From positions 1-64,000 of the forward strand of contig JAQGDQ010000442.1 of NCBI GenBank assembly GCA_030141605.1: a stretch of DNA of 64,000 bases, written 5' to 3'. The translations under genes were made by a program, and so were the position numbers. This DNA is from Tubiluchus corallicola. Taxonomy: Eukaryota > Animalia > Priapulida. A model generated the notes under the pieces. The model did no database searches and had not been told where the DNA came from. It was given only the letters and a program-made list of their open reading frames with translations. Below are positions 59,345-64,000 of this stretch, piece by piece; position 1 is the first letter of the stretch; every line of letters begins with the position of its first letter.

Positions 59345-60617
59345 TTTTTTTATTTTTTGGTGGTAGTAATCAGATTTGTGCGATTTTTTTTACGAGATAC
59401 GAGATTCAGCACCATGTTCGGTGGTATATATATCAAATGAAAGGTCTTGATCTAGTCTTAGTCTCTCTCATTGATGGTTTATTTTTGAAATCGGGCCCAC
59501 CGCGAGGAACGGGGATGAGATAACCTCCAAAAATGGTTCTATTGTGATCATTTTTTTACAAAAATTGCTAAACTTGTATCTCTTATTTGTAGACACCTGG
59601 AACGGGCAAGCAGCAGTGCCAGTAATGATCGTATAGCCAATTCAATGGTGGATGTAGTAGACGTATTTAGAATCTACAAAAGGGCTACTGCATCTCGCAA
59701 TGGGCGTGTTTTCCCGGACCCAACTGCCGATTTTTTGGAAATTTTTACCAACAGCCTGTAGAAAAAACATTCTAGCGGCGCCTAGTGGGACTCTTGCATG
59801 GAGATATGTAGCTCTTTGGAAAGAGAAGGAACAGGGTTACAGACTGATGTGGGTCACGTTTTAGGATGCCTCCACTAAAAGGAGTGCCGACGAGTAGATT
59901 GGAGGTTCCATTTTGGGTGATTCTCGCTTAGAGGTCATAGTGACGTGTGCATTGTTCTGATGTCATTCCATTGTTCTCTGCCTACACTTTTACTAACTCT
60001 TTCTGGACCGTAAGCGAGGTCATGAAAAACTGCTCTCATTGAGCAGCGACTATGTTATATTTGATAATTTTTGTAGGTTTCTACTCCTCACACAATGGAT
60101 TTTCATGCAGACTTATGTATGAAATGCATTTGCTTGCCTTAGACAAATCAATAATTGACTTTTGACCAAAAAATTGAGAAAGCTTTCAGTAACTGCAGTG
60201 TTTGCGCTGTAACAATTTACAGTATCACTTCGGTGAAATCGGCTGCACTCACACAGTAACAGAAAAGTCATAGGTCTTATAAGACCTGTTTTGATTGGTG
60301 CAATCCCGAAGGCGTAAGCTTTTGCTGGCTGTTATGATAACCAGTTATGCATTCTGTTAGAATTGCCTCCTATGAGAATGATGTAGTCTTTTCTTTTCAA
60401 ACAGCTTTATTTACTCAACAAACCGAATACGGGTTTTAGCAAAGAGATTAGCCAATCAAGTTGCTGTAGTGTTTATTTTTGAGTCATTGATATTTTTCTT
60501 GCTATGCAAACTAGCGAGGAAATGTATGTTGTCAGGAGCTCCTTTCTTGAAACTTGTGTTTTTATATTTCCTTTGGCCATGCCGGACACACGGACCGATG
60601 ACTGTTTGTTCGACCAA

Positions 60618-61223
60618 TGAGCCATTTCACAGTTTTGTTGTGTGCACGTGCAGTTGGTGCAGGTCAAAGGTTAAGTGTGCCACACCAACGCATCTTGACT
60701 ACAACCATCACTTGACATGTGGGTAATGCAAAGCTGTCACCCGCATCGGTTCTGTGACGTCAGTTGTTTTGTGTGAACTTCACTTAATTATGCATTAGTT
60801 TTTGCGTACAGTGATTTACATGTGGGTAGAGCAAAGTTATCTGTCGCATCAGTTGAGTAACTTCTGCTGTTTTAGGAAGACTTTACTTAATCATACATTA
60901 GTCTGTGCGTAGAGTGATTTACATGTGGGTAGAGCAAAGTCGTCTGTCACATCAGTTGAGTCACTTCTGCCATCAGTTGAGTCACTTTAGTAAGACTTTA
61001 CTTAATTATGCATTAGTCTGTGCGTAGAGTGATTTACTAGCAGGATCTTGCTTGGAAACAAGAAAAAATGAACCAGGTAAGGTTCTAGCTAGCTGTTAAA
61101 ACTGTTACTATTACAGTTTCTTGGGCTGCGAGGTGTTGTCAAGTGTACACAAATGTGTTGTCTGGTACACTTATCCTTTGACCTTTTCACGATCAACAAT
61201 CGTTGGAACTGTGAAGAGGCTTA
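60618..61223. mobile_element. TIR element (inverted copy of 32974-33349, with internal tandem repeats)
   Basis: GAGCCATTTCACAGTT...AACTGTGAAGAGGCTT; shares CTTGCTTGG..ACAAGAAAAA...GGTAAGGTTCTAGCTAGCTGTTAAAACTG. Confidence 0.75.
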
Positions 61224-61784
61224 TTGCACGAAAATCTGTGTATATATGCTACACGGAATATGTAAAATTTATACATTTGTTTAATATTCCTAGGCATTTC
61301 ATATGACACTTACACATTTCAGGAAAAGTGTGAAATAAAGCTTTTTGCTACGACACTTCATACTTTACCTAGATGTTTTGTATAACATCTAGGATTTATA
61401 TAAAATGATTAAAGTGACATTGGCAATCTGTAAAATGACCATAATTCGTGTTGAATCCAAAATTTCCAAGGTATTTTGTACATTACCTAGGCATTGTATT
61501 GTGCTAGAAGTTCCGGGGTCATCAATTGATGTATTTTTTTTTATTTTGTGCATATCTCTAGATATTTAGTAATGCTTGCAAACACTAAATGCCTTATATA
61601 ATGGCTTATTGACAATCTACCGCAGTGGTTTGTGATCAGATCTTACCAAAACAAGTCACTCACAGGTGTAGTTCCGAAACTTTTCCAAGCCGAAAAGTAT
61701 TGCAGCCATTTCTTTCTCAATTTGTGCCCTGTTGCATCCCAAGGAGGACAGCAGATGATTAGCTTGTGTGATAGGTCTCTCATG

Positions 61785-62337
61785 GTTGGCATCCTTCGGT
61801 CTCGGAAAAAAATGGAGTGTGCATCAAGAGAGTCAGTTATTGATCACATTGATGGAGCTACAGCGTCGACTGTGGCTGAGCAGTGCGATCCTTGAACCAC
61901 TGGAGTGGCCTCTCCAGTGCGCACGCCTGGGCAAGGTGTATGGAGATCCTGAGTTGCCCAGACAACTGGAACCCCTCTCTTCCTCCCTGGTGTAGTCCAA
62001 AGGAAAGCGGAGCGATACGTTTGGCACCAGGTTGGCTGCAGGAGCTACCGGAGTCAGTGAGCATGCTGCACTGGTCCGCTTTCGGGGCTCCACTCCTGAT
62101 TTGGAAGGTTTACTCCTCTACACATGGCCATTGGGTCACTTGACCTCCTCCGCCCTCTAACCGTTGGCTGCTTGTGCAGCTCTCCTCCTAGTGTCGAGAT
62201 ACAGTGTGGGCATCCCGCAAGTGTACGCCACCTGGTATTCCTAGGCGGTCACCCATCCAAGTACTAACCAGGTTCTACGTTGCTTAACTTCAGTGATCAG
62301 ACAAGAACCGGTGTTTTCAACGTGATATGGCCGCAGA
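61785..62337 (-). mobile_element. 5S-derived SINE copy 4 (full length)
   Basis: Complete 5S head (about 62219-62337) with A box AGTTAAGCAACG and C box region GTACTTGGATGGGTGACC, full body, tail GAAGGATGCCAAC. Confidence 0.92.
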
Positions 62338-62399
62338 TAATAGGTAAGAACTGGGATACTACCAATCCCATAGTCTCACAACATTCCATCTGAGTTTCC

Positions 62400-62690
62400 A
62401 TCTATCCATCCACCCAGTTCGAAGGAACATTTTCTTTGGGAGGTTATGTGTTGGTTGTAATGTATCTGCCACGTCACGAAACATAGTTAACCATTCCTAA
62501 GAAGCGACGAAGTTTGGCAGCATTATTTGGTAGCTTCATTTCAATAACTGCACTAGCTGTTGCATCATCGATCTTCTTGCCACCTTTCTTGATACAATGT
62601 CCCAGAAATGTAACTGAATCCTTCCTAAATTCTGACTTACCACCATTTAATTTTATGCCAGTCTCCAAACACCTTTTCAATAGACCTAGG
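62400..62690 (-). mobile_element. Gypsy/Ty3 reverse transcriptase fragment
   Basis: GIKLNGGKSEFRKDSVTFLGHCI...MKLPNNAAKLRRFLGMVNY is the classic Gypsy RT thumb region. Confidence 0.9.
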
Positions 62691-63028
62691 CACTTATCGT
62701 GTTATACTATACTAGATAAAAGATATACTAGAAATAATCAAACCTACCGGCTCTCATAATGAATGGCACGTTCGAACCGCGCCAGTTGCTGCTTATTCAA
62801 TTAAATTTATTATAATTTTGCATTCTACAGCTCTTGTGATTCACTAAAGCTAGCAATGCTCAGGGTGTATTAGTGTAAGACTAACATTTTGATCAAATTC
62901 AAGCACCGGACTTAAATCCAACTAACAGCGAAGTTAAGACAACTAGTGAGATGGACTTAAGTGCGTCCTAAGACAGCTACATGTGTTACGGTTTAAGGTG
63001 TCGTAACGCGATCCACGTAAATACTTGG

Positions 63029-63278
63029 ACCAGACGGTTTAGTCTAGTGATAACGCGTCCGCTTTCCGTCTGGGAATTCGTGAGTTCGATACAGCGGCCG
63101 GGTCATACCAAAGACTTTAGAAATGGTACCTGCTGTTGCCCTGCCTGGCGTGTGGTTTTTGTGGTAAAAGTGGGGTAATAATAGTCTCTGCTATGTAGAT
63201 GTAGATTGTTATTTACAGTCGGCAATAATAGTTCTTTGAGCTTATGTTAAATGTTTGTGCAAAGGCCGACTGTTATTA
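63029..63278 (+). mobile_element. tRNA-derived SINE, copy 3
   Basis: ACCAGACGGTTTAGTCTAGTG...GTTCGAT...GGTCATACCAAAGACTTTAGAAATGGTACCTGCTG. Confidence 0.85.
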
Positions 63279-63623
63279 TAGTTCATAAAGTTACGACGGA
63301 TTGAGGGGCAAAGCCCCCATGGGTGTTCAAGGGGGCAAAGGCCCATTGGAGCCAGCAACAAATTGCTATTTTGTGACCACAGAGAACCTCTAAGTGGACT
63401 TAAAATATCAGTTACCTTGTTTCATGCTTAATTTAAAATACCCAACTATCAATGATACATGATACCTAAATGTGTTATAAACGTGGTTATATACACGTGG
63501 TTACACTGATGTACGTGATGTAAACGAAGTGACGGCCTGCCATCTAGCGGTCAGCTTATGAAATAACATACTATAATACTGTAGAATATTTTTACATACG
63601 GTTTTATACGGTATAGTCTTGTA

Positions 63624-64000
63624 CAAGGCCGTAGTCGGCGGTCCGGCCGGTACGGCCATGGCCGGACCACTTTTTCTGCCATACTTTTCTGCCTAGACAT
63701 TCTCAGCCCTGCGTAGAGTAAAAACTTATTTGCGGAGTACGATGACTCAAACTAGACTGAATAATCTCATGACTTTGCATGTACATATGGATAGAACAGA
63801 CGCTCTCGACCTGAAGGAAATTGCGAACGAGTTTACTGCTAGAAATGAGCGGCGCAGATGTGTGTTTGGGAAGTTTTAATCAATCATGTCATCATTGAGT
63901 ATGTGTAGTGCTCTATTATATTATAACTCTGTATTATAAATTATAATATACTCTTCTATATGTTGCTGCTGTATTCTTTTTCTACATGTTCCGTATCTGT
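63624..64000 (+). mobile_element. Internally deleted hAT transposon: left end fused to the transposase dimerisation domain (63697-63879)
   Basis: Terminus CAAGGCCGTAG...CCGGCCGGTACGGCCATGGCCGGACC; peptide TFSALRRVKTYLRSTMTQTRLNNLMTLHVH...IANEF...R...FGKF*. Confidence 0.85.

Noticed and set aside
59360-60000. GC-richer block downstream of TDRD5 as a further exon
   Set aside because: No convincing frame or splice pair; the GACCTTTCATTTGATATATA-type motif on the minus strand suggests an unclassified non-autonomous repeat.
62219-62337. 5S-like sequences (also about 10863, 39995 and 42120) as functional 5S rRNA genes
   Set aside because: None has an oligo-T terminator after the 5S part; each continues into the same body, copies differ from each other, and two have TSDs. 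They are SINE heads.

Overview
AT-rich, repeat-dense eukaryotic genomic DNA from an invertebrate animal. The 5S-derived heads resemble mollusc/lophotrochozoan 5S from memory, which is only a weak taxonomic hint. There are no prokaryotic features and no CRISPR array. Two protein-coding genes are supported. (i) A carbohydrate sulfotransferase of the HNK-1ST/CHST8-14 family with a single coding exon on the minus strand (21143-22255). (ii) A TDRD5/Tejas-type piRNA-pathway gene with 15 coding exons on the plus strand (30782-57934). I reconstructed it by hand: all introns are GT-AG, the phases are consistent, and the CDS is 2505 nt (834 aa). The protein has four LOTUS (OST-HTH) domains, one extended Tudor domain with a degenerate aromatic cage and, unexpectedly, a C-terminal BESS motif; a downstream exon could give a BESS-less isoform. 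The window also holds one tRNA-Ile(AAT) gene and four copies of a 5S-rRNA-headed SINE whose body is visibly homologous to the 5' UTR of an RTE LINE present in the same window. The rest is three tRNA-headed SINEs, RTE/CR1/other LINE and Gypsy fragments, many hAT, Tc1/pogo, piggyBac-like, Kolobok-like and Harbinger-like non-autonomous elements, and mini-/microsatellites. All family assignments are by eye from remembered motifs; no database search was run.
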